From contig CAWAUZ010000009.1 in assembly GCA_963785365.1 (NCBI GenBank), positions 142,724-206,723 on the forward strand: DNA of 64,000 nucleotides, written 5' to 3'. This DNA is from an uncultured delta proteobacterium (GTDB lineage: Bacteria; Desulfobacterota; Desulfobacteria; Desulfobacterales; Desulfosarcinaceae). Under the pieces are notes generated by a model. It was given only the letters and a program-made list of their open reading frames with translations, searched no databases and was not told where the DNA came from. Made by a program: the position numbers and the translations under genes. This document shows positions 1-12,174 of the stretch, piece by piece. The stretch's first letter is position 1, and the number at the start of each line of letters is the position of its first letter.

Positions 1-299
1 TCGAAGGCCATCTGCCGGCCGGCAATGCCGTGGACGAAAGCAAACCGGGCCGCACACCTGGCGCCGTTGCCGCACATGTCCGGCAAACTGCCGTCGGCAT
101 TGTAAAAACGCCATTTGAAATCGACGGCACCCGATGGTTCGATCAGGATCATGCCGTCGGCGCCCACCGACATGCGTCGACGGCAGGCTCCGACAACCAG
201 CCGGTGCAGGTCTTTTTCGGGAACCACGTTAAAACGGTTGTCGATGATTATAAAATCGTTGCCGCTGCCGCTCATCTTGTGAAAAGGGATCGTTTTCAT
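1..299 (-). CDS. dapF: Diaminopimelate epimerase (5' part only; runs off the window start)
   Basis: Manual translation from the ATG at 299: MKTIPFHKMSGSGNDFIIID...VGADGMILI...FYNADGSLPDMCGNGARC, the DapF motifs. ATGA overlap with the upstream lipoprotein gene. Confidence 0.95.
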   Translation of the reverse strand, partial: MKTIPFHKMSGSGNDFIIIDNRFNVVPEKDLHRLVVGACRRRMSVGADGMILIEPSGAVDFKWRFYNADGSLPDMCGNGARCAARFAFVHGIAGRQMAF

Positions 300-781
300 G
301 GCTGCGTTACGCTTTCGGCAGGTTCGCTGGACAGGGCCTCGACCGTCGCCAGGTTCGAACCGGGGCCGACGACCGGGCCGATCTCCAGGCGCACCTTGAA
401 GGTGTAACGGTATCCGCGTTCCAGTGGCACAATTGTCGAAAAACGGCCCTTTTCCGGGTCGACGTAGGTCACCGTCATGGCGCTTTCGAAAACCAGGGGG
501 CAGCCGTCACAGGGGGCCTGATCCAAGGTACTCATGGATCGAAGGATCCTGAAGGTCGCGCTTTCGGCGCGCGTCCGGGAAAGCGGTTCCGCGATGCGCC
601 ACGTCAACCTGGCGGTCGGCCCCTCAAGGGTGGCCGCCAGATCAACCACCGGCGGCACCAGGGGCATACGGGCCGGCACCGGCGGCGCCTTGACACCACA
701 GCCGATCACAGCGACCGTCAGGTGGCACACCACCCCTGCCGCCAGGATCCGCATCAGCATCGATCGAATGACAGCGGCCAT
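296..781 (-). CDS. Putative lipoprotein (hypothetical) between argH and dapF
   Basis: Hydrophobic signal with lipobox-like VAVIG-C followed by GVKAPPVP; CxxCP motif. Start codon uncertain (781 or 760). Confidence 0.7.
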   Translation of the reverse strand: MAAVIRSMLMRILAAGVVCHLTVAVIGCGVKAPPVPARMPLVPPVVDLAATLEGPTARLTWRIAEPLSRTRAESATFRILRSMSTLDQAPCDGCPLVFESAMTVTYVDPEKGRFSTIVPLERGYRYTFKVRLEIGPVVGPGSNLATVEALSSEPAESVTQP

Positions 782-782
782 G

Positions 783-2177
783 CTAGTGGCCCGCCGCCTG
801 TCCGGCCAACGCATCGCGGGCTTGTGCAATGGCCTGGACGACGTTCTCGGTGGCCGTACCCCCCTGGCTGCGGCGCCGGTCTACCATGTGTGCCAGTGTC
901 AAATGGTCGAATATATCGGCCTCGACCAGGGTTGAAAACTGTTTTAGCTCCGCAAGGGTCAGTTGATGCAGCTCCTTTTTCTGATCCAGGGCCGCGGCCA
1001 CGGCCTTGCCCACGCAGGCGTGCGCCTTTCTGAACGGCATGCCCCGGCCCACCAGGTAGTCAGCCATATCCGTGGCGTTGAGAAAACCAACGGAAGCGGC
1101 CGTTCGCATGGCGTCGCGGTTGACCGTTATGCGCGGAATCATCTGGACATTGATGTGCAAGCAGGCCTTGAGGGTGTTGACGGCATCGAACAGCGGCTCC
1201 TTGTCTTCCTGCATGTCCCGATTGTATGCCAGGGGCAAACTTTTCATGAGGGTCAGCAGGGCCACTAAAGAGCCGATCACCCGGCCGGTTTTACCGCGCA
1301 CAATCTCGGGCACATCCGGGTTTTTCTTTTGCGGCATGATGCTGCTGCCCGTGGCAAAGGCATCCGCCAAGGTGATGAAACCGAACTCCGTGGTCGACCA
1401 CAGCACCAGTTCCTCGGACAATCGGCTCAGATGCACCATGCAGATGCCGGCGGCCGCCAGAAATTCCATGGCGAAGTCGCGATCCGAAACCGCATCCATG
1501 CTGTTGGCCGACACCTTGGGAAAACCCAGCAATTGGGCTGTATAGGCCCGGTCGATGGGATAAGTCGTGCCGGCCAGGGCCGCAGCACCCAAGGGCATGA
1601 CATCGATACGCGCCAGGCAGTCGCCAAAGCGGGCCTGATCCCGGCAAAACATTTCATAGTAAGCCATGAGGTGGTGCGCCAACAGCACCGGCTGCGCCCG
1701 TTGGGTGTGGGTGTAGCCCGGCATGACCACATCGATGTGACCGTCGGCCAGATCCACCATCACCGTGCGCAGGGCCTGGAGCATCTCCATCACCTGGCGG
1801 GTCTCGTCACGCAGGTAGAGCCTGAGATCCAGGGCCACCTGGTCATTGCGGCTGCGGCCGGTGTGCAGCTTCTGGGCGACCTCGCCGACCACCTGCAGCA
1901 GGCGGGCTTCCACATGCATGTGGATGTCTTCCAGCGAGTCGTCAAAAGCGAACTCACCGCGATCCAGTTCACGCTTGACGATGCCCAGCCCTTGCACCAG
2001 TTGAGCGCCTTCTTCGCTGGTGATCACACCGGCCCTGGCCAGCATTTTACTGTGGGCGATACTGCCGGCAATGTCGTAGGGATATAGCTGCCGGTCGTAG
2101 GAAATCGAGGCCGTAAAGGCTTCCACGCCCTTGTCCGTCTTCTCCGAAAAACGCCCGTCCCAGGGTTTATTCGCCAT
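783..2177 (-). CDS. argH: Argininosuccinate lyase
   Basis: KPWDGRF, LHTGRSRNDQVALD and GSSIMPQKKNPD signature. Confidence 0.98.
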   Translation of the reverse strand: MANKPWDGRFSEKTDKGVEAFTASISYDRQLYPYDIAGSIAHSKMLARAGVITSEEGAQLVQGLGIVKRELDRGEFAFDDSLEDIHMHVEARLLQVVGEVAQKLHTGRSRNDQVALDLRLYLRDETRQVMEMLQALRTVMVDLADGHIDVVMPGYTHTQRAQPVLLAHHLMAYYEMFCRDQARFGDCLARIDVMPLGAAALAGTTYPIDRAYTAQLLGFPKVSANSMDAVSDRDFAMEFLAAAGICMVHLSRLSEELVLWSTTEFGFITLADAFATGSSIMPQKKNPDVPEIVRGKTGRVIGSLVALLTLMKSLPLAYNRDMQEDKEPLFDAVNTLKACLHINVQMIPRITVNRDAMRTAASVGFLNATDMADYLVGRGMPFRKAHACVGKAVAAALDQKKELHQLTLAELKQFSTLVEADIFDHLTLAHMVDRRRSQGGTATENVVQAIAQARDALAGQAAGH

Positions 2178-2185
2178 GGCGGCCA

Positions 2186-3394
<1,209 letters not shown>

Positions 3395-3457
3395 TGTTTT
3401 GATTCTCCTTAGTCTTTGGCAAAAGATGGAAGCCACACCGTGTCGATTCGGCAGCGA

Positions 3458-4642
3458 TCAGCCTGCCAGCACCTCGTCGAGACATTGGATCAGGGCATCG
3501 ATGTCATTTTTTGAGACGATCAGGGGCGGCACGAAACGCAGCGTGTCGCCCTGGACAGCGTTGATCAGAAAGCCTTTTTCCAGGCAGGACTGGACCAGTG
3601 GGTCGGCCGGGCCGTCCAGCCGGATGCCCAGCAGCAACCCTTGGCCCCGCACCTCGCGAATGCGCGCGTGCCGAGCCTTGAGGGCGACGAGGGCGTTTTT
3701 GAAATAGTCTCCGCTGGTACGCCCGCGCTCCACGATCTGCTCTTCGATCAGGATCGTGAGGGTCTCGAGCGCCGCGGCCGCCACCAGCGGCGATCCGCCG
3801 AAGGTGGATGCATGGGCCCCGATGCCAAAGGCGGAAGCCACCGTCTGCGTGGCCAGCATGGCGCCGATGGGCAGGCCATTGGCCAGGGCCTTGGCCAGGG
3901 TCATGATGTCCGGGCAGACGCCGAAACGGGTGTGGGCGAAAAGGGTGCCGGTGCGCCCCATGCCGGTCTGGATTTCATCCAGAATCATCAGGATTTTGTG
4001 CTGGTCGCAGAGCATTCGCACCTTACCGAGAAAATCAGGGGCCGGACAGCGGATGCCCCCCTCCCCCTGGATCGGTTCGAGCATGACGGCACAGGTGCTC
4101 TCGTCGATGGCGTCCGCCAAGGCGTCGATGTCGTTGAACGGCACGAAGGTAAATCCTTCCAAAACCGGATCGAAGCCCCTGCGGATTTTCTCCTGGCCGG
4201 TCGCGGAAAGGGTCGCCATGGTGCGTCCGTGGAAGGATTTTTCCATGGAGACGATGCGAAACCGCTGCGGTTGACCGCGGTCCTGGAAATACTTGCGGGC
4301 CAGTTTGATGGCCGCCTCATTGGCCTCGGCGCCGGAGTTGCCGAAAAAAACCCGGTCGGCAAAGCTGTGTTCTACCAGCATCCGCGCCAGATCGGTCTGC
4401 GGGACGGTGTAGTAGAGATTGGACACGTGCACCAGTTTGGCTGCCTGGGCCGCGACCGCCGCGGCGATGCGCGGGTGCGCATGCCCCAGGTTGCACACGG
4501 CGATGCCGCTGACAAAGTCCACATACCGGCGCCCCTGGTCGTCCCACACCGCACACCCCTGGCCGCGTTCCAACACAATCGGAAACCGTTTGTAGGTTGC
4601 CGCCATCACCCGGTCGGCTGTCTGCATGATGGTCTCAGTCAT
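3458..4642 (-). CDS. argD: Acetylornithine aminotransferase
   Basis: Class III aminotransferase motifs [36 protein letters not shown]; arg operon context. Confidence 0.95.
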   Translation of the reverse strand: MTETIMQTADRVMAATYKRFPIVLERGQGCAVWDDQGRRYVDFVSGIAVCNLGHAHPRIAAAVAAQAAKLVHVSNLYYTVPQTDLARMLVEHSFADRVFFGNSGAEANEAAIKLARKYFQDRGQPQRFRIVSMEKSFHGRTMATLSATGQEKIRRGFDPVLEGFTFVPFNDIDALADAIDESTCAVMLEPIQGEGGIRCPAPDFLGKVRMLCDQHKILMILDEIQTGMGRTGTLFAHTRFGVCPDIMTLAKALANGLPIGAMLATQTVASAFGIGAHASTFGGSPLVAAAALETLTILIEEQIVERGRTSGDYFKNALVALKARHARIREVRGQGLLLGIRLDGPADPLVQSCLEKGFLINAVQGDTLRFVPPLIVSKNDIDALIQCLDEVLAG

Positions 4643-5555
4643 CGCTGCCCCCGTTTGCCGATGTGGTCACTTCGGTTCCGACCCCCCGATCCGTAAACAG
4701 CTCCAGCAGGATCGCGTGCCGGCGTTTGCCGTTGATAATGGGCACCTTGGCGACGCCGTTGTTGATGGCGTGCAGGGCGTACTCGATTTTGGGAATCATG
4801 CCCCCGCTGATGCGGCCGTCGGCGATCATCCGCGCGATGGTGTCCGCATCGATGGAAGAGATCAACCGGCCGTCCGAATCCAGCACGCCGTCCACATCGG
4901 TCAGCAGGATCAGCCGGCCGGCGGACAGCGCCGTAGCGATGTGACTGGCCACCAAATCCGCATTGATGTTGTAGGTCTCGCCTTTTTTTCCGGCGCCGAC
5001 CGGGGCGATGATGGGAATGAACCCTTGGCGGGACAACGTGTGGATGATCTCGGGGTTGATGCGCACCACTTCTCCCACCATCCCCGGATCGATGATCTCC
5101 GGAGGACTGTCCGCATCCGCCTGACGGACGATGCGCATCTTTTTGGCCTCGATCAGCCCGCCATCCTTGCCGCTGAGCCCCACGGCCCGGCCGCCCTGTT
5201 GATTGATCTGGGCCACGATGCCCTTGTTGACCTTGCCGCCCAGAACCATTTCGACCACATCCATGGTGGGCCCGTCGGTGAGCCGCATGCCGCGCACAAA
5301 CTGGGGGCGCATGCCCATGCGGTCCAGGACCTGGTTGATCTGGGGGCCCCCGCCGTGCACGACCACCGGGTTGAGGCCGATAAACTTGAGCAGGGTGATG
5401 TCGCGGGCAAAGTCGGTTTTCAGGGCCTCGTCGACCATGGCGTGGCCACCGTATTTCACCACCACGGTCATTCCCGAAAATTTTCGGATATAGGGCAGTG
5501 CCTCGATGAGAATGTCGGCTACCGTGGATGGGGGCGCCGGTCGCAGTCCGGTCAT
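4635..5555 (-). CDS. argB: Acetylglutamate kinase
   Basis: [28 protein letters not shown]. Confidence 0.97.
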   Translation of the reverse strand: MTGLRPAPPSTVADILIEALPYIRKFSGMTVVVKYGGHAMVDEALKTDFARDITLLKFIGLNPVVVHGGGPQINQVLDRMGMRPQFVRGMRLTDGPTMDVVEMVLGGKVNKGIVAQINQQGGRAVGLSGKDGGLIEAKKMRIVRQADADSPPEIIDPGMVGEVVRINPEIIHTLSRQGFIPIIAPVGAGKKGETYNINADLVASHIATALSAGRLILLTDVDGVLDSDGRLISSIDADTIARMIADGRISGGMIPKIEYALHAINNGVAKVPIINGKRRHAILLELFTDRGVGTEVTTSANGGSDD

Positions 5556-5626
5556 GGGCTCTGCTCTTCTTTCAATAAGGGGTGAAAAGATGCTGCGCCG
5601 ACGGTCATCCAGATCGGCCACTGCGC

Positions 5627-6991
5627 TTAGAGTATGTAGCGGCTCAAATCCTCGTCGTCCTTGATGGCCTTGAGCTTGTCGACCACATAGTCTGCATCGA
5701 CCGTCAAATGGGACGCATTTACGTCGGGCGCATCGAAGAGGATGTCTTCCAGCAGACGCTCCATCAGGGTGTGCAGACGCCGGGCACCGATATTCTCGGT
5801 GCGGACGTTGACCTCTTCGGCGATTTCGGCAATCTTGAGCACGGCATCGTCGGTGAACACCAGTTCGACCTGCTCGGTCTTGAGCAACTCGATGTACTGA
5901 AGCAGCAGCGCGTTTTGCGGCTCGGTCAGGATGCGGTAGAACTCCTTGCGATTCAGGGCATCCAGGGTCACCCGTATGGGAAAACGCCCCTGCAGTTCTG
6001 GAATCAGATCCGAGGGTTTGATGGTGTGAAAGGCTCCCGACGCGATAAACAGGATGTGATCGCTCTTGACCGGCCCGTACTTGGTGTTGACGGTCGATCC
6101 TTCCACGATGGGCAGCAGGTCACGCTGGACCCCCTCGCGGGAGACATCCGGGCCCTGCCCTTTCCCACCGCCGGCAATTTTGTCAATCTCGTCCAAAAAG
6201 ATGATGCCGGCCTGCTCCACCTTGGCAACGGCCTCTTGGACCACTTTCTCCATGTCCACCAGGTTCTGGGCCTCTTCCGAGGCCAGCGTCTGCATGGCTT
6301 CGGGCACCTTGATTTTCCGGCGACGCGTGTTCTTGGGCATCAGGGGACCGAGCATATCCTTGAAATTGATGCCCATCTCCTCCATGCCCGCATTTGAGAA
6401 GATTTCGACCATGGGCACGTTGCGGTCGGCCACATCCAGATCCACATAACGGCTGTCGAGTTTTCCGGCTTTGAGCATTTTTCGCAGCTTTTCCCGCGTG
6501 GAGGAGGTTGTCTCGGCCGCTGCCGTAACGACCTCCAGACCGCTTTCACCGGCGTTGTCGGCTTTGCCGCGGTCGGACTTGGGCAGCAACAGGTCCAGCA
6601 TGCGTTCTTCGGCAACACGCCAGGCCTTTTCCTTGACCGCTTCCTGGGCGGCCAACCGGACGGCGTTGACCGTCAGTTCCACCAGATCGCGAACCATGGA
6701 CTCCACGTCGCGCCCAACATAGCCCACCTCAGTGAATTTGGAGGCCTCCACCTTAATGAACGGAGAGTCGCTGAGCCGCGAGAGCCGGCGCGCGATCTCG
6801 GTTTTGCCCACGCCGGTGGGGCCGATGAGAATAATGTTCTTGGGAGCGATCTCATCTTTCAACCCATCAGGCACCTGCCGCCGGCGCCACCGATTTCTCA
6901 AGGCGATGGCCACCGACCGTTTGGCCTGATCCTGGCCGATGATAAACTTGTCCAGCTCGGCGACAATTTCTTTTGGTTTGAGATCTTTCAT
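5627..6991 (-). CDS. hslU: HslVU protease ATPase subunit
   Basis: [46 protein letters not shown]-terminal DLSRYIL. Confidence 0.98.
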   Translation of the reverse strand: MKDLKPKEIVAELDKFIIGQDQAKRSVAIALRNRWRRRQVPDGLKDEIAPKNIILIGPTGVGKTEIARRLSRLSDSPFIKVEASKFTEVGYVGRDVESMVRDLVELTVNAVRLAAQEAVKEKAWRVAEERMLDLLLPKSDRGKADNAGESGLEVVTAAAETTSSTREKLRKMLKAGKLDSRYVDLDVADRNVPMVEIFSNAGMEEMGINFKDMLGPLMPKNTRRRKIKVPEAMQTLASEEAQNLVDMEKVVQEAVAKVEQAGIIFLDEIDKIAGGGKGQGPDVSREGVQRDLLPIVEGSTVNTKYGPVKSDHILFIASGAFHTIKPSDLIPELQGRFPIRVTLDALNRKEFYRILTEPQNALLLQYIELLKTEQVELVFTDDAVLKIAEIAEEVNVRTENIGARRLHTLMERLLEDILFDAPDVNASHLTVDADYVVDKLKAIKDDEDLSRYIL

Positions 6992-6994
6992 GGC

Positions 6995-7564
6995 TTAAAG
7001 CGCTTCGATAGTAATGCGATCGTTGGTGAACACGCAAATGCTGGCCGCGATCTGCATGGCCGCCGCGACGATCTGACGCGGCGCCATGTCGGTGTTCTGG
7101 AAAAGGGCCGTCGCCGCCGCCTGGGCGGCCACACCGCCCGACCCGATCGCCACGATTCCCTCATCCGGCTCGATGACATCACCATTGCCCGAAATCAGCA
7201 GGATAGATTTGCCGTCCACAGCGATCATCAGGGCATCCAGACGGCGCAGGTACTTGTCCGTCCGCCAGTCACGGGCCAGCTCGACGGCCGAACGGGTCAG
7301 GTTGCCGTTGTAGCGCTCCAGCTTCTGTTCCAGCTTCTCGGTCAGGGTCAAGGCGTCGGCCGTGGCCCCGGCAAAACCCACCAGGATGCTATCGTTGTAG
7401 ATTCGACGCACCTTGCGGGCATTGTGCTTGATGACGGTGTGGTTCAAGGTGACCTGGCCGTCACCGGCCATGACGACCTGATCCTTACCCCGAACGGCTA
7501 AAATGGTGGTGCCATGAAACCGCAATGGGGGGTTGGTCGGTTGATCGGTCATAAATTCCGGCAT
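6995..7564 (-). CDS. hslV: HslVU protease peptidase subunit
   Basis: [28 protein letters not shown]. Start codon uncertain. Confidence 0.97.
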   Translation of the reverse strand: MPEFMTDQPTNPPLRFHGTTILAVRGKDQVVMAGDGQVTLNHTVIKHNARKVRRIYNDSILVGFAGATADALTLTEKLEQKLERYNGNLTRSAVELARDWRTDKYLRRLDALMIAVDGKSILLISGNGDVIEPDEGIVAIGSGGVAAQAAATALFQNTDMAPRQIVAAAMQIAASICVFTNDRITIEAL

Positions 7565-7582
7565 AAGTTCCGAGATGCCTTT

Positions 7583-8533
7583 CTATCGCCTGGGGTGAGC
7601 CTTATCGTAGGCTGCCATGAGGCGGTCGATGCTCACATGGGTGTATCGCTGGGTGGTGGACAGGCTCTTGTGGCCCAGCAGCTCCTGGACCGTCCGAAGA
7701 TCCGCCCCGGCATCCAGCATGTGCGTCGCGAAGCTGTGCCGTATGCCGTGGGGTGAAATCGGCACCGCCAGGCTGCAGCGTTGAATCAATCCTTCCAGAA
7801 TGCGGCCCACAGAGCGGGGGGTCAAGCGTCCGTTGCGGTGGTTCAAAAACAACGGCCCGTCGGTGGCCATGTCGATACCGGTTTGGGCGTAAAGCCGATC
7901 CCGGTAGTATTGGATGCGATCCAGCGCCTTGCCTCCCACCGGTACAATGCGCTCGCGCCCCCCCTTGCCCATCACGCGCAGGCACCCGGACGCGGTGTCC
8001 ACGTCGAATACGTTGAGGCCGGTCAACTCCGAGACGCGGATGCCCGATCCGTAAAGGGTTTCGAACAAGGCGCGGTTGCGCCACCCCAGCACGGTGTCGT
8101 CGGCGGCCTGGTCCAGCAAACGGAACATGTCGTCAACGGTCAGGTATGACGGCAGTTGCCGGCCCTGCTTGGGCGTCAGTGTGGCGGCGGTCGGATCCTC
8201 ATCAACGAGGCGATGGTTGACCAGAAAACGAAAAAAAGATCGCAAGGCCGACAATTTGCGGGCGATGGTGGCTTTGGCGTTTTTACGGTGCAGCCGCCCC
8301 AGGTACCCGCGAATGGTCAAGCTGTCAATGTCAGCCACACAAAGCGACTTTTGCCGATCCAACGTTTCATCCAGCAGGCTGTTGCCACCGGCGGCATAGC
8401 GGGCAAATTCCATCAGGTTGTGGCGGTAGGCACGGATGGTGTGCACCGAGTATCCTTTTTCCACGCTCAATGTCTGTAAAAACCGTTCCATCTGGGCATG
8501 CAGCCGGACCGGGGTCATGGGAAAGCGATCCAT
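7583..8533 (-). CDS. xerC: Tyrosine recombinase XerC
   Basis: GIRVSEL, GKGGRERIVP, SPHGIRHSFATH, LLGH...TTQRYTH; conserved xerC-hslV-hslU order. Confidence 0.9.
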   Translation of the reverse strand: MDRFPMTPVRLHAQMERFLQTLSVEKGYSVHTIRAYRHNLMEFARYAAGGNSLLDETLDRQKSLCVADIDSLTIRGYLGRLHRKNAKATIARKLSALRSFFRFLVNHRLVDEDPTAATLTPKQGRQLPSYLTVDDMFRLLDQAADDTVLGWRNRALFETLYGSGIRVSELTGLNVFDVDTASGCLRVMGKGGRERIVPVGGKALDRIQYYRDRLYAQTGIDMATDGPLFLNHRNGRLTPRSVGRILEGLIQRCSLAVPISPHGIRHSFATHMLDAGADLRTVQELLGHKSLSTTQRYTHVSIDRLMAAYDKAHPRR

Positions 8534-9087
8534 TGCTCGAGTTCCTGCCAGGACGCCACCTCGAGGTAATCATGCGGCTGCTGGTTCCAGGGTTGCTTGA
8601 ACACCACGGGCGCGATACCGGCGGCCTTGACCAAATGGCAGGTCTCCAAGCGGTCCTCCACAAACCACTTGATGCCGTTGTCCAGCAGCACCTGCACTTT
8701 GTCGTCATAGCATCCGGTGGCGACGATTTGGGAACAGGCCATCTGCCCGTCGAGAAGATGATTCATCCAGGGCGCGATGAGGTTCGAATCGGGCCGGGCC
8801 GTCACCATCAAAATGCGCCCCGTGGCTTCACCGACGCGCCGCAGCACCTGACCTGCCCCGGGGATCGGCTTTAACACCGGCTGGTAGCGGCCGTCCAGAA
8901 TTCGGCTGACAGCGCCTTCCAAAACCGCCACATCGATGTCCAGACAGTGGTCCAGGCGATACGCGGTGATGTCCGCATAGCGCACCGTGCCAATATCGTA
9001 ATGGGTTTCAAGAATATCCAGAAACAGGTGCATCGTGTCCGCGATGACACCATCTATATCGAAAGCCAGTGCCCTTGGGTCGATCAT
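8515..9087 (-). CDS. HAD-superfamily hydrolase (5'-nucleotidase NT5C-like)
   Basis: FDIDGVIAD motif I, VTAR, FVEDR, QPWN. Confidence 0.8.
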   Translation of the reverse strand: MIDPRALAFDIDGVIADTMHLFLDILETHYDIGTVRYADITAYRLDHCLDIDVAVLEGAVSRILDGRYQPVLKPIPGAGQVLRRVGEATGRILMVTARPDSNLIAPWMNHLLDGQMACSQIVATGCYDDKVQVLLDNGIKWFVEDRLETCHLVKAAGIAPVVFKQPWNQQPHDYLEVASWQELEQWIAFP

Positions 9088-9201
9088 GTGATTTTCCGTT
9101 TAAACATAAAACCGTATTACTATTCCCATCCAGCTGAACGTGTCAATATTATTGTCCACACCATCGGCCGGACCGCTTGGCTTCCAATTCGATACCCGTG
9201 C

Positions 9202-9230
9202 TTGACAAGGGGCCGTCATTTCTGTACTAA
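9202..9230 (+). promoter_or_regulatory. Sigma70-type promoter for adk
   Basis: TTGACA-N17-TACTAA. Confidence 0.6.
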
Positions 9231-9409
9231 CGCCTATGCCGGCATAGAAGATGAATGCCAGCCCGCCTTGAACACCATCAAAAAATGAAACGGCATACGT
9301 CGATCGCCTGTAGGGTCCTTTTGGATGCCAAGGACACGGCAACCGCTATCGCGATGCGTATTACCAATCTCCCTGAGGTTTGCAACGGGAAAGAGAAAGG
9401 AGCAGGTGC

Positions 9410-10087
9410 ATGAACATCTTGTTTTTTGGCCCCAACGGCAGCGGCAAAGGCACGCAGGGCGCAATCTTGAAAGAGAAGTACAACACGCCCCACATCGAGT
9501 CCGGCGCGATCTTCCGGGAGAACATCGGCAAAGGGACCGAGTTGGGTGCCCAGGCCAAAGCTTACATCGACAAAGGTGATCTGGTGCCCGACGAGATCAC
9601 CATCCCCATGATCCTCGACCGCCTGCAGCAAGATGATTGTAAAAATGGATGGCTGCTGGACGGTTTTCCCCGCAACAAGAACCAGGCCATCAAGCTGGAC
9701 GAAGCCCTGAAAAAGGCCGGCATGGGCCTGGACATCGTCGTCGAGATTCTTCTCGACCGTGAAATCGCCAAAAATCGCATCATGGGACGACGCCTGTGCG
9801 TCAACGACAACAACCACCCCAACAACATCTACATCGATGCCATCAAGCCCAACGGCGACCAGTGCCGGGTTTGCGGCGGAGACCTCAAGACCAGGGACGA
9901 CGATCAGGATGAAGCGGCCATCAACAAACGCCACAACATCTATTATGACACCACCGAAGGAACCCTCGCGTCGGCCTATTACTTCAGAGATCTGGCGGAA
10001 AAAGGCGGCGGCATCAGGTACATCACCTTAGACGGTGCCCCCGGCGTCAAAGAGGTGACCGCCGAATTGGTTTCGAAATTGGATTAG
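9410..10087 (+). CDS. adk: Adenylate kinase
   Basis: FFGPNGSGKGTQ, GDLVPD, LLDGFPRN, LID with C...H...CxxC; GGAG RBS. Confidence 0.97.
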   Translation: MNILFFGPNGSGKGTQGAILKEKYNTPHIESGAIFRENIGKGTELGAQAKAYIDKGDLVPDEITIPMILDRLQQDDCKNGWLLDGFPRNKNQAIKLDEALKKAGMGLDIVVEILLDREIAKNRIMGRRLCVNDNNHPNNIYIDAIKPNGDQCRVCGGDLKTRDDDQDEAAINKRHNIYYDTTEGTLASAYYFRDLAEKGGGIRYITLDGAPGVKEVTAELVSKLD

Positions 10088-10108
10088 CCGATCAACACAA
10101 CGTCATCG

Positions 10109-10159
10109 ACAAGACCGGTGGAACCCGCCCGCATCAGGTTTCATCGGTCTTGTGTTTTT
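10109..10159 (+). terminator. Intrinsic terminator after adk
   Basis: ACAAGACCGGTGGAACC / GGTTTCATCGGTCTTGT stem followed by a T-tract. Confidence 0.65.
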
Positions 10160-10356
10160 CAATTCTTTTTTGTTGCCGCCACGCTTCTTTTTCTTGATAT
10201 CGGCAACTATATTTGCTAAGCTTGTTGTTTGATGTAAATATGAACACTGATGGATCAGTGTCCATCCAGTTCTGGATGGACACGAAATAACCATCCTCGT
10301 GGAACCACAGGCCATGAGCTTGTCGATGTGATGGGAAAAAGGGGGGTTGAGGCAGC

Positions 10357-10563
10357 TTGAAAGCAATTGAAGTCAAGGTTTTCGATAACGATCTCGAAAA
10401 GGCCATGCGCATTTTGAAGAAAAAGATTCAGAACGACGGCCTTTTCAAACGGTTGAAGCTGAAGAAAAGCTATGAAAAACCGAGTGAGTACCGTCGTCGC
10501 AAACAACGGGAGGCGCTTCGCAGGCAGCGAATTGCCGCCGCACGCGCCAGAAGATTCCGTTAG
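10357..10563 (+). CDS. rpsU: 30S ribosomal protein S21
   Basis: LEKAMRILKKKIQNDG...YEKPSEYRRRK; TTG start. Confidence 0.95.
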   Translation: MKAIEVKVFDNDLEKAMRILKKKIQNDGLFKRLKLKKSYEKPSEYRRRKQREALRRQRIAAARARRFR

Positions 10564-10583
10564 CGGCACAGCGCAGGAAAAAG

Positions 10584-10616
10584 GACCCGGCGGGCAGCTT
10601 ACCCGTCGGGTTTTTT
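10584..10616 (+). terminator. Intrinsic terminator after rpsU
   Basis: GACCCGGCGGG-loop-CCCGTCGGGTT plus TTTTTT; A-run upstream. Confidence 0.85.
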
Positions 10617-10674
10617 GTTGAATTTAGATCCACGCCACCCATCTCGGCGCCCGTCCGCAACAGGAATCAAGGCC

Positions 10675-11973
10675 ATGCCAACGCCAAGCGCCTATACCGA
10701 CTGTCTCGACGCCATGTACCGCATGCGTCGATTCGGCATCGTTTTGGGCCTATCGACCATCTCCAACATCTTGGAAGGCTTGGGCAATCCCCAGCGCAAG
10801 GTTAAAACGATCCATATTGCCGGCACCAATGGCAAAGGCTCCATCGCCGCCGCCCTGGCGACGATTCTGCAAAAGGCTGGGTTTCGGGTTGGGTTGTACA
10901 CCTCCCCTCACCTGGTTCGCTTCAACGAGCGCATCTGCGTCGACGGGGTGCCGATATCCGACGATGCCGTGGTGACCGCTTGGGAGGCGGTCAAATCGGC
11001 TCATCACGGCGACCGGGAACCCACCTTTTTCGAGTTCACGACGGCCATGGCGTTTTTCGAATTCGGCCGCCGGAAAGTCGATTTTGCCGTCATCGAGACC
11101 GGCATGGGCGGCCGTATGGATGCCACCAACGTGATCTTACCAGCGGTCAGCATCATCACCAACATCTCCCTGGAACACAAGATGTATTTAGGCCGCACAC
11201 TGGCCGCCATTGCGACGGAAAAGGCCGGCATCATCAAAGCCGGCGTCCCCGTCGTCAGCGGCGTGGTCCAGAAAAGCGCCCGAGCCGTCGTCGAAGCGAC
11301 CGCCGCCCACCTGTCGGCACCGTTGTATTTAAAAGGCAGGGATTTTTTCGTACGACGCACCGGCGGCGACCGGTTTAGCTACACGGGCATCGATCATCGC
11401 TGGCCAGGCATGCAAACGGGACTCATGGGGGGGCATCAGGTCGAAAATGCGGCCCTCACCCTGGCCGCCGGTGAATTACTCATGCGCACCTGGAAACAGA
11501 TTTCAAGGGCGCACATTCAAGATGGACTGCTCCGGACCCGCTGGCCCGGCCGTCTGGAGGTAGTCTCCCAGAGACCTTTCGTCATCATGGACGGCGCCCA
11601 CAACCTGATGGCGGCCAGACAATTGCGCCGTTTTTTACAGGAGAACCTGACTGGCCGGCGAATTACCATGGTGGCTGGAATCTTGAACGACAAACCCTAC
11701 GCCTCCATCTTGAAGGACCTGGCGGCACCCTGCCAGCGCCTGATCATCACCCGGGCCAACATCGACCGCTCCTTGCCGCCGGAAACACTGGCGGCGGCCG
11801 CCAGGCCGCTGATCACCGACATTCAGATCATTCCGGACGTCCCTGAGGCCGTCCGATATGCCATCGCCACGTCGGGACCCGAGGATGCCGTCTGTGTCGC
11901 CGGCTCTTTGTATGTGGTCGGCGAAGCCAAGGCGATGCTGGACGATGTCGGAGATACGATTTTCCGCATCTGA
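10675..11973 (+). CDS. folC: Folylpolyglutamate/dihydrofolate synthase
   Basis: IHIAGTNGKGS, YTSPHL, ETGMGGRMDATN, WPGRLE, DGAHN, AGSLYVVGE. Confidence 0.97.
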   Translation: MPTPSAYTDCLDAMYRMRRFGIVLGLSTISNILEGLGNPQRKVKTIHIAGTNGKGSIAAALATILQKAGFRVGLYTSPHLVRFNERICVDGVPISDDAVVTAWEAVKSAHHGDREPTFFEFTTAMAFFEFGRRKVDFAVIETGMGGRMDATNVILPAVSIITNISLEHKMYLGRTLAAIATEKAGIIKAGVPVVSGVVQKSARAVVEATAAHLSAPLYLKGRDFFVRRTGGDRFSYTGIDHRWPGMQTGLMGGHQVENAALTLAAGELLMRTWKQISRAHIQDGLLRTRWPGRLEVVSQRPFVIMDGAHNLMAARQLRRFLQENLTGRRITMVAGILNDKPYASILKDLAAPCQRLIITRANIDRSLPPETLAAAARPLITDIQIIPDVPEAVRYAIATSGPEDAVCVAGSLYVVGEAKAMLDDVGDTIFRI

Positions 11974-12009
11974 TGGTTCGATAAAGATGGCTTCCGACGG
12001 GGTGGAGGG

Positions 12010-12038
12010 TTGACTTGTGAAGGCCAATCCTCTATTTA
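12010..12038 (+). promoter_or_regulatory. Sigma70-type promoter for tRNA-Arg
   Basis: TTGACT-N17-TATTTA ending 17 nt before the tRNA. Confidence 0.5.
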
Positions 12039-12055
12039 TCACTACCAATCCAATC

Positions 12056-12131
12056 GCGCCCGTAGCTCAGTGGATAGAGCACCAGCCTCCGGAGCTGGGA
12101 GTCGTTGGTTCGATCCCAACCGGGCGCGCCA
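12056..12131 (+). tRNA. tRNA-Arg (anticodon CCG)
   Basis: GCGCCCG/CGGGCGC acceptor stem, D arm TAGCTCAGTGGATAGAGC, anticodon arm CCAGC-CTCCGGA-GCTGG, T loop GGTTCGATCC, encoded CCA. Confidence 0.97.
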
Positions 12132-12174
12132 ATTAAGGACAGCGGTCACCGTTACAAGCCCGATGTAGAATGTC

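Noticed and set aside
7583-8533. Tyrosine recombinase as a phage/island integrase or pilY1 shufflon invertase
   Set aside because: Size, motifs and xerC-hslV-hslU synteny indicate housekeeping XerC; no inverted cassettes seen around pilY1.
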